Positions 27,032 to 36,712 are shown, numbered from the stretch's first letter. The stretch is DNA of 57,052 bases from a virus (IMGVR_UViG_3300045988_165774:1-57052), one strand, 5' to 3'. Numbers and translations: made by a program. Notes: generated from the letters alone by a model not told the origin.

Positions 27032-27991
27032 ATGGAAAATAATTCAGAAACAAAAAAGCTGACGATCACGGAGCTTAAATCCATGTCTCCGTTTCAGATT
27101 TTAGAGGATACGAGAGTAAGAGAGCGATTCGTTACACTCTACAATAACATCCACAACTCTGAGCAGGGCGAATTATTCTTTGAAAAAGAAAAATACAACC
27201 TACAGAGAATCATACAAGCCTCCCCAAACCTAGCAAAATGTACAGGTTTCTCCACATATGGAGTACTCCTTGACATCGCAAGCATGGGACTTACCCTTGA
27301 AAACGCATCCCGGCCCCTTATTTACATCATCCCCGGTTCCGTGAATGTAGGAACAAAAGAAAAACAAACATGGGAACAACGGATGTCCATTGAAATTTCT
27401 CCATATGGAGAGCTCGATTTAAGAATCCAAGCTGGACAGCTATTATATGCCGACCGTCCTGTAATCGTATTCGAGGGGGATGAATTTAAGCCCAAGGTAA
27501 CCGAAACCGGACAGAAAGTGGTAGTCTATTCGGCAGCCATTCCACGGCAAAGCAAAACAATCATCGGAGCTTTTATCAAGCTGACCCGCCCCGATCGTTC
27601 CTTTGACTTCTTTTGGATGCTTCCAGAAGACATCGACCGTCTGAAAGGATATTCCTTAAAGAAAAATCAACGGAAAGACAAAGACGGGAATGTATATGGA
27701 GACGCCAATGCCCTCTACCATTCAAATGAAGGTCAAATCGACACCGGATTCCTTGAAGCGAAAGTAATCAAGCACGCTTTCAAGACATTTCCGAAATTAA
27801 GGTTAGGACAATTCTCCGCTTTACAGCAAGACGAACAAGTCCAGGCCTCCGACTATGGGTTGGATGAGCCAGTATACAACCAAGTCCCGCAAAAAGAAAC
27901 CGAAGAAGAAGCCGAAGAGACAGATGTACAGGAAATCGCCAAGCAACAGGGCGGTGTAAACATAGTAGAAAACCCAGAAGAACCCTTTTAA
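27032..27991 (+). CDS. recT: RecT-family single-strand annealing protein, 319 aa (ATG at 27032)
   Basis: GLTLENASRPLIYIIPGS ... MSIEISPYGELDLRIQAGQL matches the RecT core pattern. The track ORF's TTG-started N-terminal extension covers structured RNA. Confidence 0.7.
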   Translation: MENNSETKKLTITELKSMSPFQILEDTRVRERFVTLYNNIHNSEQGELFFEKEKYNLQRIIQASPNLAKCTGFSTYGVLLDIASMGLTLENASRPLIYIIPGSVNVGTKEKQTWEQRMSIEISPYGELDLRIQAGQLLYADRPVIVFEGDEFKPKVTETGQKVVVYSAAIPRQSKTIIGAFIKLTRPDRSFDFFWMLPEDIDRLKGYSLKKNQRKDKDGNVYGDANALYHSNEGQIDTGFLEAKVIKHAFKTFPKLRLGQFSALQQDEQVQASDYGLDEPVYNQVPQKETEEEAEETDVQEIAKQQGGVNIVENPEEPF

Positions 27992-27993
27992 TC

Positions 27994-29163
27994 ATGGAAA
28001 CAACAGCACTCTCAACAACACAGGAAGCATTATTACAGGCAAAAGACATCATTGCGCAAAACATTGCAAGTAATGAAAAAGCAAAAGAAGTCGCAAAAAT
28101 CCTGCTCGCTAAAATAGAAAACACCCCTATCTCAGACACTCCGGAAGTCCGGTTCCTAGACGAAGAGTGTAAAACATTCCTCGGAAAGATAAGCAAGACC
28201 ATTTCGGCCATGACCGACCGCCGGAAACCAATCACACAGGCATTCGACCAAATCCGGAAACATTTCACCGAACTGGAAAACGAACTGAAAACAGGGGAAG
28301 AAATACAGGCAATACAAAATTTCAGAAACGCATTTGCCCGGCATATCGCGGAAATCGCCGCAAAAGAGGAAGAGTCTCGGCGTATCAAGGCTGCCACAGA
28401 ACAGGAGCGCATCGAAATGCGTGCTTATTTCAAACAAGCCTTTACCAACGACCTGGTAAACACATTAAGCCTTGCATACGATTCGCTTAAAGAAATATTC
28501 AACTCCATCACGCTGCAAAACTGCGAGCTAAAAAAAGATGAATTGAAAAACTTCTCATCCGAATACAAACCGGCCACTTTCTCATATCCATACAGGAATT
28601 ACATTACAAAAGAAGAAGAGATCGCAATCTATGAAGAAATAGCTTCTTCCAAATCTGCCAAAAATGAACTGGAATACAATGAAAAAATCACCGAAAAAAT
28701 CCGGTACTACCTTGATCGCGTTGATTCAAAGAAACAAGAATTGTTAGAGATCGCGCAAGCAAATGCCGCGGAAAAAGAACGGCTTGCGAAAGAAGCGGAA
28801 GAAAGGGCAAAACGGGAAGCGGAAGAAAAAAGACAAGAACTGTTGAACTTCACACAGAAACAACAGACATCCATCGAGGCAGAGAAAACTGAAGCATCCC
28901 TCAATACCCTATTCGACCAAAATTATTCTGCCCCTGCGGCGAATGTAAAGAAAACGCTTTCCATCGAAGTAAGCAATCCTGCCGGATACGGACAGATATT
29001 CATGTTCTGGTTCGAGCGTGAAGGAAAGAATCTCCCGAACGAAAAGATTGAAAAGAAATCCATCGCACAGATGAAGAAATTCTGCGAGGATATCGCAAAC
29101 AAGGATGGAGAAATCATCACGTCAAACTTTATTACTTACAAAGAAGTTGTTACGGCAAAATGA
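27994..29163 (+). CDS. Hypothetical coiled-coil protein of the recombination module, 389 aa
   Basis: ORF track. Lies between recT and the nuclease gene. Glu/Lys-rich. Confidence 0.6.
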   Translation: METTALSTTQEALLQAKDIIAQNIASNEKAKEVAKILLAKIENTPISDTPEVRFLDEECKTFLGKISKTISAMTDRRKPITQAFDQIRKHFTELENELKTGEEIQAIQNFRNAFARHIAEIAAKEEESRRIKAATEQERIEMRAYFKQAFTNDLVNTLSLAYDSLKEIFNSITLQNCELKKDELKNFSSEYKPATFSYPYRNYITKEEEIAIYEEIASSKSAKNELEYNEKITEKIRYYLDRVDSKKQELLEIAQANAAEKERLAKEAEERAKREAEEKRQELLNFTQKQQTSIEAEKTEASLNTLFDQNYSAPAANVKKTLSIEVSNPAGYGQIFMFWFEREGKNLPNEKIEKKSIAQMKKFCEDIANKDGEIITSNFITYKEVVTAK

Positions 29164-29807
29164 AAGACCCATACTATGACAGGTCGGAAATATCCAACTC
29201 CGACCTATCTGAATTAAAAAGACAGCTCTACGGAGGAATGGAAATCGACCCCGTTCATGCAAAATTTGGGAACCTAATCGATCACATGATTACAGAACCG
29301 GAAAAAGTCAACTATTTCAAACTGACTTGTGCCGGTGAACAATTGACAGAAGGTGATTTCAAAAAAGCAGAAGAAATGAAAAAGGCATTCATGCGCGATG
29401 AGTTTGCCAGCCGGATACTTCCACTATCAGACACACAGAAAGTCATGATTAATCCCTGTCAGAAATTCGACTACGACATCCCTTTTACACTGCCCGTCCG
29501 ATGCAAATGGGACTTGTGGATGCCGTCAATGGGATGGGGAGGCGATATAAAAAGCACCTCCGCGACGACACAGGAACAATTTGAATCCGCTGTAAGGCAA
29601 TTCGACTACGACAGGCAAAGATTCTTCTACATGAATATAGCAGGCTCCGAGAAAGACGTCTTAATCGGAATTTCCAAAGAAAACTTCCGCGTCTTCAAGG
29701 TATTCATAAAAAGAGGAGATGAATTATGGGAATCCGGCCAGCACAAGTGTATGGAACTCGCATTTAAATACTGGACTATGTTCGGAGACTTAAAAAATAC
29801 AGCATGA
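29160..29807 (+). CDS. PD-(D/E)xK-type recombination exonuclease-like protein, 215 aa
   Basis: CKWDLWMP...GGDIKSTS resembles a D...(D/E)xK nuclease core. Partner position next to recT. Confidence 0.5.
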   Translation: MKDPYYDRSEISNSDLSELKRQLYGGMEIDPVHAKFGNLIDHMITEPEKVNYFKLTCAGEQLTEGDFKKAEEMKKAFMRDEFASRILPLSDTQKVMINPCQKFDYDIPFTLPVRCKWDLWMPSMGWGGDIKSTSATTQEQFESAVRQFDYDRQRFFYMNIAGSEKDVLIGISKENFRVFKVFIKRGDELWESGQHKCMELAFKYWTMFGDLKNTA

Positions 29808-30199
29808 CAATCACACCCATAGAAGATTTAGAAAAAGAGGTGGACGATATAGAAGCTTATCTATCCACCTTACCGCCAGAGGATGCTAATTTAGCCATAG
29901 AGAGAGGGAACGAGCTTTCGGTATATATCGCCCGCACCGGGAAGATGCTTGCGGATGCAAGGTTTTATCAGGACAAGGCACTATCAGAAAGCATCGTTTA
30001 CAACCTCGGAAAACAAGCTGGTTGCCCTGCATCGGTTCTAAAGCAACTTGTAGAAGCATCCTGTCAGCGTGAAAATCTATTGGTAAACACAATCGAACGC
30101 CTAAACCGTGCTGCCACCCATCAGTTAGATTGGCTCCGGACGGTAGTAAGCATGGCAAAAGAAGAAATGAGAAACTCAAACGGAATTAGCCAAAAATGA
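29804..30199 (+). CDS. Hypothetical protein, 131 aa
   Basis: ORF track. 4-nt overlaps with its neighbours. Confidence 0.55.
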   Translation: MTITPIEDLEKEVDDIEAYLSTLPPEDANLAIERGNELSVYIARTGKMLADARFYQDKALSESIVYNLGKQAGCPASVLKQLVEASCQRENLLVNTIERLNRAATHQLDWLRTVVSMAKEEMRNSNGISQK

Positions 30200-30363
30200 A
30201 AACAATCTCCAATAAAACCGCCGAAGATATTATCCGATGGCTATCAGACTTAAAATCCCGTTTACCTCCCGATTCCATCCAATCGAGAGAGAAGATAAGG
30301 AAAATAGATAAAGCAATTAAAATATTAGAAAATGGAGAAATTCTTAGGACAAGACATCCCTGA
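30196..30363 (+). CDS. Small ORF, 55 aa (below the track cutoff)
   Basis: ATGA start/stop overlap with the upstream gene. Translation MKTISNKTAEDIIRWLSDLKSRLPPDSIQSREKIRKIDKAIKILENGEILRTRHP. Confidence 0.4.
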   Translation: MKTISNKTAEDIIRWLSDLKSRLPPDSIQSREKIRKIDKAIKILENGEILRTRHP

Positions 30364-30763
30364 AAACGAGCGTTGGCAATTCTTACAAGACAACGCCGAT
30401 GCAGTAGAAGAAATCGGATATACTCACCGTTTTTCACCCGAAGAATTGGCACAAAAGAAAGAACTTCTCGCGGAAGCATCAATCAAAATCAATGACATCG
30501 AGGAAGAAAAGAAAGAGGTATTAAGCGACTTTAAAGACCGGCTCAAACCTTTAACGGAAGAGAAAGCCGAACTGCTTGAAAACATCAAGACAGGGTCGAA
30601 ATTCATCCCAAGTGAAAAGTGTGTAAAAATCCTCTATCATGAAGAAAAAATGGCTGGATATTACAACCAACTTGGAGAGCTGGTTTATTCACGCCCTATA
30701 ATGCCGCAGGAAATGCAGAAAACAGTATTTAGTATTAACCGAAAAACAGGAACAGATGACTGA
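30332..30763 (+). CDS. Hypothetical protein, 143 aa
   Basis: ORF track. Coiled-coil middle. Confidence 0.55.
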   Translation: MEKFLGQDIPENERWQFLQDNADAVEEIGYTHRFSPEELAQKKELLAEASIKINDIEEEKKEVLSDFKDRLKPLTEEKAELLENIKTGSKFIPSEKCVKILYHEEKMAGYYNQLGELVYSRPIMPQEMQKTVFSINRKTGTDD

Positions 30764-31502
30764 ACAAAACGGAAACAGAATTAACGTAGTTGTACCTAAA
30801 GACTACAACGGCACACCTATTGAAATTGTATTACGTAAAGGTATAGCGGCTGAACAACTTCCAACAAGGGAACCTATACCAGTAAAAATTTTAGGTACAA
30901 TAGATAGTCCATTAAAATGGATTGAAAAACGTGTCGAATTGATCGACCAAAAACATGCGAATATTACCGTAAATCGTGATTGCATGCAAATCTCACTTAT
31001 TGACAAGGAGAATGATTATTACAGAAACGAAGTTTCCGGTGTATTGCAACCATCAAAAGAAATGATGGAGTTTGGTATCAACACCGATAAAAAATGGGAC
31101 CCCATTAAATTATCCCAATTCTTCAAAATGCACCGTGCCTTCTTTAAGGATAAGGCACAAAATATGTCTCTCGTATCTACACTAAAGAATTTTAAGGCAA
31201 AAGTAAATCAAGACATTGAAAGGAGCAAAGAAGAGAATGGAAGCAAAACGGATAACTACTCGCAAGTCGTTGATTCCAATCTGCCGAAGTCGTTCAAGTT
31301 GAACATCCCTCTTTTCAAAGGATTCGCTTGTGAAGAAATTGAAGTTGAGATTTACGCAGATGTGGATGGCCGGGATGTTTCACTATCGCTTGTTTCTGCC
31401 GGTGCAAATGAAGCAATCGAAGAATACAAAAACAGAGTGATTGACGAACAATTGAATTTGATTCGTGAAATCGCCCCCGATATCGTGATTATTGAAATCT
31501 AA
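30756..31502 (+). CDS. Hypothetical protein, 248 aa
   Basis: ORF track. 8-nt overlap with the upstream gene. Confidence 0.6.
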   Translation: MTEQNGNRINVVVPKDYNGTPIEIVLRKGIAAEQLPTREPIPVKILGTIDSPLKWIEKRVELIDQKHANITVNRDCMQISLIDKENDYYRNEVSGVLQPSKEMMEFGINTDKKWDPIKLSQFFKMHRAFFKDKAQNMSLVSTLKNFKAKVNQDIERSKEENGSKTDNYSQVVDSNLPKSFKLNIPLFKGFACEEIEVEIYADVDGRDVSLSLVSAGANEAIEEYKNRVIDEQLNLIREIAPDIVIIEI

Positions 31503-31527
31503 AATTTGCCCGGTTTTTCGGGCAAAC

Positions 31528-31727
31528 GGACAGGTGGCGGAATTGGTAGACGCTAAAGTTAATTCCTTATAGAGTGGTTGAAAGAAGGTTATCGTAAAAT
31601 GAACTGAACTAGCCGAAGGAAATGTAACGGGTAATGCTGAATGTCACCGCGACGTGATTATAATAAAATATCAAGTGCAAGTCTTGAAAAAACTCCACTC
31701 ATGCAGGTTCGAATCCTGCCCTGTCCA
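31528..31727 (+). ncRNA. tRNA-like gene with canonical acceptor, D and T arms but about 110 extra nt in place of a normal anticodon/variable region
   Basis: 5' GGACAGG-TG-GCGG-AATTGGTAG-ACGC (31528-53). 3' GCAGG-TTCGAAT-CCTGC-CCTGTCC-A (31703-27). Internal hairpin TCAAG-TGCAAGT-CTTGA (31671-87). Long-range GAGTGG/CCACTC (31572-77/31695-700). Confidence 0.55.
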
Positions 31728-31741
31728 CAAAAATCAACATT

Positions 31742-32200
31742 ATGGCATACATAAAACGCAAACCCAAGAAACAACCCCTATTCGACAACAAGGTAGTTGT
31801 AAAGAAAAGACCCGACTTAAAAGCCAAATTAGACCGCATATTTTCCGAATATATCCGACTTCGGGATGCAAACCCGCAGGGATATACAGTTTGTATTTCA
31901 TGCGGAAAGATAGTCCCTTGGAAAGAATCGGATTGTGGTCATTTCATCAACCGGAGCCACATGGCCACCCGATTCAACGAAAAGAACTGCAATAGCCAAT
32001 GCCGGAGCTGCAACCGCTTCGACGAGGGGAACAACATCGGATACATGCGCGGATTAATCAAGAAATACGGACAAGCAGTTATCGAGGAGCTTGAAATCCT
32101 CAAACACCAACACTCCCACCTGTCCGACTTTGATTATAAAGTTTTAATCGACCTATACACACAAAAAGTAAAGCAACTCCATGAGGATAAAGGAATCTAA
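31742..32200 (+). CDS. ninG: NinG/Rap-like recombination endonuclease, 152 aa
   Basis: FSEYIRLRDA ... CISCG ... CGHFINRSHMATRFNEKNCNSQCRSCNRFDEGN matches the lambda NinG pattern. Confidence 0.75.
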   Translation: MAYIKRKPKKQPLFDNKVVVKKRPDLKAKLDRIFSEYIRLRDANPQGYTVCISCGKIVPWKESDCGHFINRSHMATRFNEKNCNSQCRSCNRFDEGNNIGYMRGLIKKYGQAVIEELEILKHQHSHLSDFDYKVLIDLYTQKVKQLHEDKGI

Positions 32201-33845
32201 CGACAGCTTCGAGATTACGTTTGAATACAACCGCAATCTCACGTGGGCGATAAAAAAACTGATGGGAGTGTGCCCGGGTGCCGAATATGATCCAAAACAC
32301 AAATCATTTTTCTTCCCAAAGATATATGCTCCGCAAGTCTATATGTTCGGACAAAAGTACGGCTTCGTATTTACCAAGGAGCATGCAAAAGCGGATTGGA
32401 AAATACCGGAACTTCCGGAACTGAAACAGGATATTCCCTTGAAAATGGAATTATACCCCTATCAGAAACAGGGTGTCGCCTACAACATCATCCACAAACG
32501 TACAATCATCGGTGATAAGATGGGGCTTGGGAAAACCTGTCAGGCAATTGCCTCCGTGCTTGCCTTGAATGCTTTCCCCTGTTTGGTTATTTGCCCATCT
32601 TCTTTGAAAATAAACTGGCAAAGAGAGTGGCACATGTGGACTGACAAAAAGGCTTGTATATTGAACAACTCAAACATAAATACATGGCATCTCTTCGCCG
32701 CCGGGAAATCGCTTTTTGGAGAAAGCATAAAAAACGACATATTCATCTGCAACTACGAAAGCCTTAAAAAATACTTTGTACAGGACATTGTTGCAAAACC
32801 CGGACAGGCTTTCAAACTGAAAGATGTGATTTTTACTCCAAACATCAACCTGTTTAAATCTGTCATAATTGACGAGGCCCACCGGATAAAAGACCCTTCA
32901 TCCCAACAAAGCAAGTTTACCAAGGGATTAACGTCCGGAAAGGAAGTAATATTCGCTATTTCCGGAACCCCAGTAGTGAACAAGGCAAAAGACCTTGCCT
33001 CCATGCTTGCCATCATCAACCAGGTGGACAAATTCGGGGGTTATACAAAGTTTGTTGCTGAATACGGATTCAACGACAATATGGAAGAATTGAACTACAA
33101 ACTCAACACAACCTGTTTTTACAGCCGGAACAAAAAAGAAGTATTGAAAGATTTGCCAGACAAGATACGTACCACAGTACTTTGCGAAATAGACAACCAA
33201 AACGAATACAATTCGGCACTTTCAGATCTTGCCGACTATCTGAAAAAATATAAGTCGGCAACGGATGCACAAGTTGCCCGTTCCATGCGTGGTGAAGTAA
33301 TGGTAAGAATCGGAGTTCTTAAAAATATTTCCGCACGCGGGAAGCTGAACGCAGTGAAAGACTACATAACGGATGTTTTAGAATCCGGCGAAAAATTAGT
33401 TGTATTCATTCATCAGAAAGAAGTAGCTGGATATCTGTTACAAGCATTCCCGGAAGCTGTGACGATAACCGGAGATGATGACATGACAACAAGGCAACGA
33501 AACATTGATGCTTTTCAAAATGATTCTGAAACTACGTTAATCATTTGTTCCATCAAAGCCGCCGGCGTAGGATTGACACTCACAGCATCCTCTAATGTCG
33601 CATTTGTTGAGTTGCCATGGACAGCGGCCGATACAGATCAAGCAGAAGACCGCTGTCACCGGATTGGAGCCAAGTCTACCGTAAACTGTATCTATTTTCT
33701 CGGTAAAAACACTATCGACGAAGATATATACAAACTAATCCAAGACAAGCGCGAAGTATCTAACATTATAACTGGCGGAACCAACGAAGCCATCGAACGG
33801 GAATCAGAGTTTGACTTATTAATAAAGAACATAAATATCAAATGA
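32181..33845 (+). CDS. SNF2-family DNA helicase/translocase, 554 aa
   Basis: Motifs GDKMGLGKT, IIDEAHRIKD, SGTPVVNK, AGGVGLTLT and QAEDRCHRIG. Confidence 0.9.
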   Translation: MRIKESNDSFEITFEYNRNLTWAIKKLMGVCPGAEYDPKHKSFFFPKIYAPQVYMFGQKYGFVFTKEHAKADWKIPELPELKQDIPLKMELYPYQKQGVAYNIIHKRTIIGDKMGLGKTCQAIASVLALNAFPCLVICPSSLKINWQREWHMWTDKKACILNNSNINTWHLFAAGKSLFGESIKNDIFICNYESLKKYFVQDIVAKPGQAFKLKDVIFTPNINLFKSVIIDEAHRIKDPSSQQSKFTKGLTSGKEVIFAISGTPVVNKAKDLASMLAIINQVDKFGGYTKFVAEYGFNDNMEELNYKLNTTCFYSRNKKEVLKDLPDKIRTTVLCEIDNQNEYNSALSDLADYLKKYKSATDAQVARSMRGEVMVRIGVLKNISARGKLNAVKDYITDVLESGEKLVVFIHQKEVAGYLLQAFPEAVTITGDDDMTTRQRNIDAFQNDSETTLIICSIKAAGVGLTLTASSNVAFVELPWTAADTDQAEDRCHRIGAKSTVNCIYFLGKNTIDEDIYKLIQDKREVSNIITGGTNEAIERESEFDLLIKNINIK

Positions 33846-33904
33846 ACTATTGATAAGCTAATACTATCGGTTTTTAAATGAAATTTTTATAGAACTATAT
33901 TAAA

Positions 33905-34297
33905 ATGATAGAACTACAAGCCATAGGTAACATCGGCAAGGATGCCGAGCAGAAAACAATAGGGGGCAAGGCATACGCCTCATTTTCAATCGGTGTAACA
34001 GAAAAAACATCAGATGGGAAAGATAGGACAACATGGCTCCGGGTAATGAAATACGACAGCGAAGGTAAGTTGACCGCATACCTTACAAAGGGGAAAAAGG
34101 TTTGGGTACGTGGCAATCCCTACTTTTCTGCTTATGTCAGTAAAAACACAGGTGAAGCCATCCCGGACATAACTATCTGGGCTGATAAACTCGTGTTCTG
34201 TTCTTCCGGAGAAAAGCAGAACCAGCAAACAGAAAGACAATCCGAAGTAAATAATTCCCCGTCACAGGCAGACGATGACGACAGTCTGCCATTCTAA
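33905..34297 (+). CDS. ssb: Single-stranded DNA-binding protein, 130 aa
   Basis: OB-fold-like N-terminus (GNIGKDAEQKT...WLRV) and acidic tail DDDDSLPF. Confidence 0.85.
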   Translation: MIELQAIGNIGKDAEQKTIGGKAYASFSIGVTEKTSDGKDRTTWLRVMKYDSEGKLTAYLTKGKKVWVRGNPYFSAYVSKNTGEAIPDITIWADKLVFCSSGEKQNQQTERQSEVNNSPSQADDDDSLPF

Positions 34298-34299
34298 CC

Positions 34300-34734
34300 A
34301 TGAAAATCAAACTCCTTAACACTTCCGTTGGTCTGAAACCACTCTTCGATGAAGATTTCGAGGAAAAGAAAAAGTTGAAAATCGGAGAGGTTTACGAGGC
34401 CACTATCAAGCGGCCTCGAAACCTTTCCTTTCACCGAAAATATTTCGGACTCATTAACCTTGCCTGGGAATATCAGAATGAGATAGCGGTAGAGCATTTC
34501 AAGCACAGCATCGAACTATTCAGAAAAACGGTAGAAATGGCAGCCGGATGGTGTGAGCCGATATACTCGATTGCCCGGAAAGAGTGGATTGAAGTTCCGA
34601 AGTCTATTGCTTTCGATAAAATGGACGAAGACGAATTTCAAAACCTATACGAACGTGTAAAGGACGTATTATTTAAATACTTCCTCAAAAACATTTCAGT
34701 TGAAGAATTTGAAAAGAACCTTATTAATTTTTGA
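34300..34734 (+). CDS. Hypothetical protein (DUF1367-like), 144 aa
   Basis: RPRNLSFHRKYFGLINLAWEYQ segment recalled from the DUF1367 phage family. Confidence 0.5.
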   Translation: MKIKLLNTSVGLKPLFDEDFEEKKKLKIGEVYEATIKRPRNLSFHRKYFGLINLAWEYQNEIAVEHFKHSIELFRKTVEMAAGWCEPIYSIARKEWIEVPKSIAFDKMDEDEFQNLYERVKDVLFKYFLKNISVEEFEKNLINF

Positions 34735-35036
34735 TGAACTCATACATGACCAGCTCCGGCGAATATGTTCTTAAATCGGTCATAGACCGCCGGATTAGAG
34801 CAGCCAAAGAAAAGAAGATAGCCCAGATGATTGAAAAATATGGCTATCTTTTCTGTGAGGAATGTCATAGAAATGAGGCTGCAGGTATTCCACTTGATTG
34901 TTCACACGATATTCCAGTAAGTGAATGTCAAAAAAGAGGCCAATCGGAATTAGCCTGGGATGTAAATAACATTACAATCAGGTGCCGGGAATGCCACCAC
35001 AAACATGATCATCAATCACAATTTAGTTTTCCATGA
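34731..35036 (+). CDS. HNH-type zinc-finger nuclease-like protein, 101 aa
   Basis: CEECH ... CSHDIP ... NNITIRCRECHHKHD. Confidence 0.55.
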   Translation: MMNSYMTSSGEYVLKSVIDRRIRAAKEKKIAQMIEKYGYLFCEECHRNEAAGIPLDCSHDIPVSECQKRGQSELAWDVNNITIRCRECHHKHDHQSQFSFP

Positions 35037-35215
35037 AAATCCCATCTACCCTTTCTGCTCAAATCCTTTCCTTTCTATTTAAGGATAAAGCCGGACTAAT
35101 CAGGCATCTCAAAGAGATACAAGATAGCCCGGTTTCTTTTTCGGATGTAAAAGGGAGGGAAAGACAAAGGAAGGCGGGGATACTGGTTAAGAAACTTGAA
35201 AAATTGAAACATTAA
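35033..35215 (+). CDS. Hypothetical protein, 60 aa
   Basis: ORF track. 4-nt overlap with the upstream gene. Confidence 0.45.
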   Translation: MKIPSTLSAQILSFLFKDKAGLIRHLKEIQDSPVSFSDVKGRERQRKAGILVKKLEKLKH

Positions 35216-35219
35216 AATT

Positions 35220-35696
35220 ATGACAGCAACCTATTTTGAATCCACAGTAAAATACGAAAAAGTAAATGAGGATGGCAAAGCAAAGAAAGTGACTGAATTA
35301 TACCTCATAGATGCAATGAGCTTTTCGGAAACAGAAGAAAGGAGTTGCAGGCAGTTATCCGAAATAGTTCAGGGGGATTACCTCATTCAATCCCTGAAAC
35401 GGTCAAAAATAACAGAATACATTGAATCAAATGACGAAAACGATGACCGACTCTACAAAGCAACAGTTAAAATAACCGATAGCGATAACTTCGGCAAAGA
35501 GAAAGAATCCTCAATTCATTATCTAGTTGCCGCATCAAACATCAACCGGGCATTGGATAACCTCGAAAAATCACTGTCAACATTTGTAATACCCTATGAG
35601 ATAGTAAAAATCGAAGATACGAAGTTTGTAGAAGTGATCCCCTACATACCGGACGACAAAGAACGCATACCGGACAATTTAAAACCACAACAATAA
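35220..35696 (+). CDS. Hypothetical protein, 158 aa
   Basis: ORF track. No motif recognised with confidence. Confidence 0.55.
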   Translation: MTATYFESTVKYEKVNEDGKAKKVTELYLIDAMSFSETEERSCRQLSEIVQGDYLIQSLKRSKITEYIESNDENDDRLYKATVKITDSDNFGKEKESSIHYLVAASNINRALDNLEKSLSTFVIPYEIVKIEDTKFVEVIPYIPDDKERIPDNLKPQQ

Positions 35697-35714
35697 CACT
35701 AAAACTATAATATC

Positions 35715-36104
35715 ATGGAAAAAATCACAGACAAAATTAAATCCTTCGAGGATGCTTGCAAGCATCTCAGACTTAACCCTAACGACCTGCCGGTTGTAGA
35801 TATGCTTCCGGAGAAAGATAGGAAATCAATCATAGCATTCTACAAACTGACAATTATCATCAGAGCATTGAATGAAGGTTGGGAGCCCGATTGGTCAAAT
35901 TGGGATGAATGGAAGTATTACAACTTGTTTTACGTCGAAAAAGGAGGAGACCAGCGTTCCTCCGGTTTTCGTTACGGCACTACAGACTTCGCGAGTACGC
36001 GCATGCACACCGGCTCTCGGCTTTGCTTTAAGAATATAGAATTAGCCAAATACGCCACAGAACAATTCAAAGAACTATATCGTGAATATTTACTCATTCT
36101 TTAA
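35715..36104 (+). CDS. Hypothetical protein, 129 aa (paralog A of a tandem pair)
   Basis: Shares SSGFRY...TGSRLC...(K/E)(E/D)LY(R/N)(E/D)Y with the next gene. Confidence 0.6.
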   Translation: MEKITDKIKSFEDACKHLRLNPNDLPVVDMLPEKDRKSIIAFYKLTIIIRALNEGWEPDWSNWDEWKYYNLFYVEKGGDQRSSGFRYGTTDFASTRMHTGSRLCFKNIELAKYATEQFKELYREYLLIL

Positions 36105-36114
36105 AAGAAAAAAC

Positions 36115-36591
36115 ATGAAGAAGACATTAGAGATAACGGAAGAACAAGCAAAGAAACTCTACTTTGAAGCATCCGAAAACTTCAAAGAAGTACTTGAATC
36201 GAACTTCGGGAAGACAACATTTCTGAAAAACTTTCAAGACGCAGTAAAGACATACTATGATGCTTGTGAAATCATAGGAGAAAAGCCGATTGACGAACAG
36301 CATTTAATGGACTGTGGACTCGGAAAGTCGGAAATCGCATTCATGAAATTGAAAACAATCTTCAAAGCTGCAAATAAAATGAACAACGATTGGAAAGCAG
36401 ATTACTCCAATTCAAGCCAGTATAAATATTATCCGTATTTTGTTTGGCGTTCCTCCGGTTTTCGTTACTGCGATGCGAGCTACGCGCATACGTACGCGTA
36501 CACCGGCTCTCGGCTTTGCTGCGGTACATCTGATGATGCAGAATACATCGGAAAAAAATTTGAAGATTTATATAACGATTATTTTGGATAA
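36115..36591 (+). CDS. Hypothetical protein, 158 aa (paralog B; ATG at 36115)
   Basis: Same C-terminal motif set as 35715..36104. The track start at 36082 is non-ATG and overlaps the previous gene. Confidence 0.6.
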   Translation: MKKTLEITEEQAKKLYFEASENFKEVLESNFGKTTFLKNFQDAVKTYYDACEIIGEKPIDEQHLMDCGLGKSEIAFMKLKTIFKAANKMNNDWKADYSNSSQYKYYPYFVWRSSGFRYCDASYAHTYAYTGSRLCCGTSDDAEYIGKKFEDLYNDYFG

Positions 36592-36671
36592 TGGAAAATA
36601 ATGATGATGGAAGCCTGGGATTTCTGAATATTCAGCCCGATGAAGACAGGAAATAAAATCTTACATTAAAT

Positions 36672-36702
36672 TTTGCAATTATGGATAATAGCCGTATATT
36701 TG
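36672..36702 (+). promoter_or_regulatory. Promoter of cassette 1 (TTTG-N19-TATATTTG)
   Basis: Exact consensus boxes at 36672-75 and 36695-702. Confidence 0.6.
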
Positions 36703-36712
36703 TGGTGTTCAA

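Noticed and set aside
27780-28412. 210-aa minus-strand ORF
   Set aside because: It is entirely antisense to recT and the following gene, Ser/Cys/Phe-rich, and has no start context. It is a shadow ORF.
31554-31702. Group I intron inside the tRNA-like gene
   Set aside because: The insert is only about 110 nt beyond normal tRNA length, far below group I size. I could not find P7/P3-like conserved pairings or an anticodon-loop insertion point.
31654-31995. 113-aa plus-strand ORF overlapping the tRNA-like element and ninG
   Set aside because: It is out of frame with the clearly NinG-like ORF, and its start lies inside the tRNA-like RNA.
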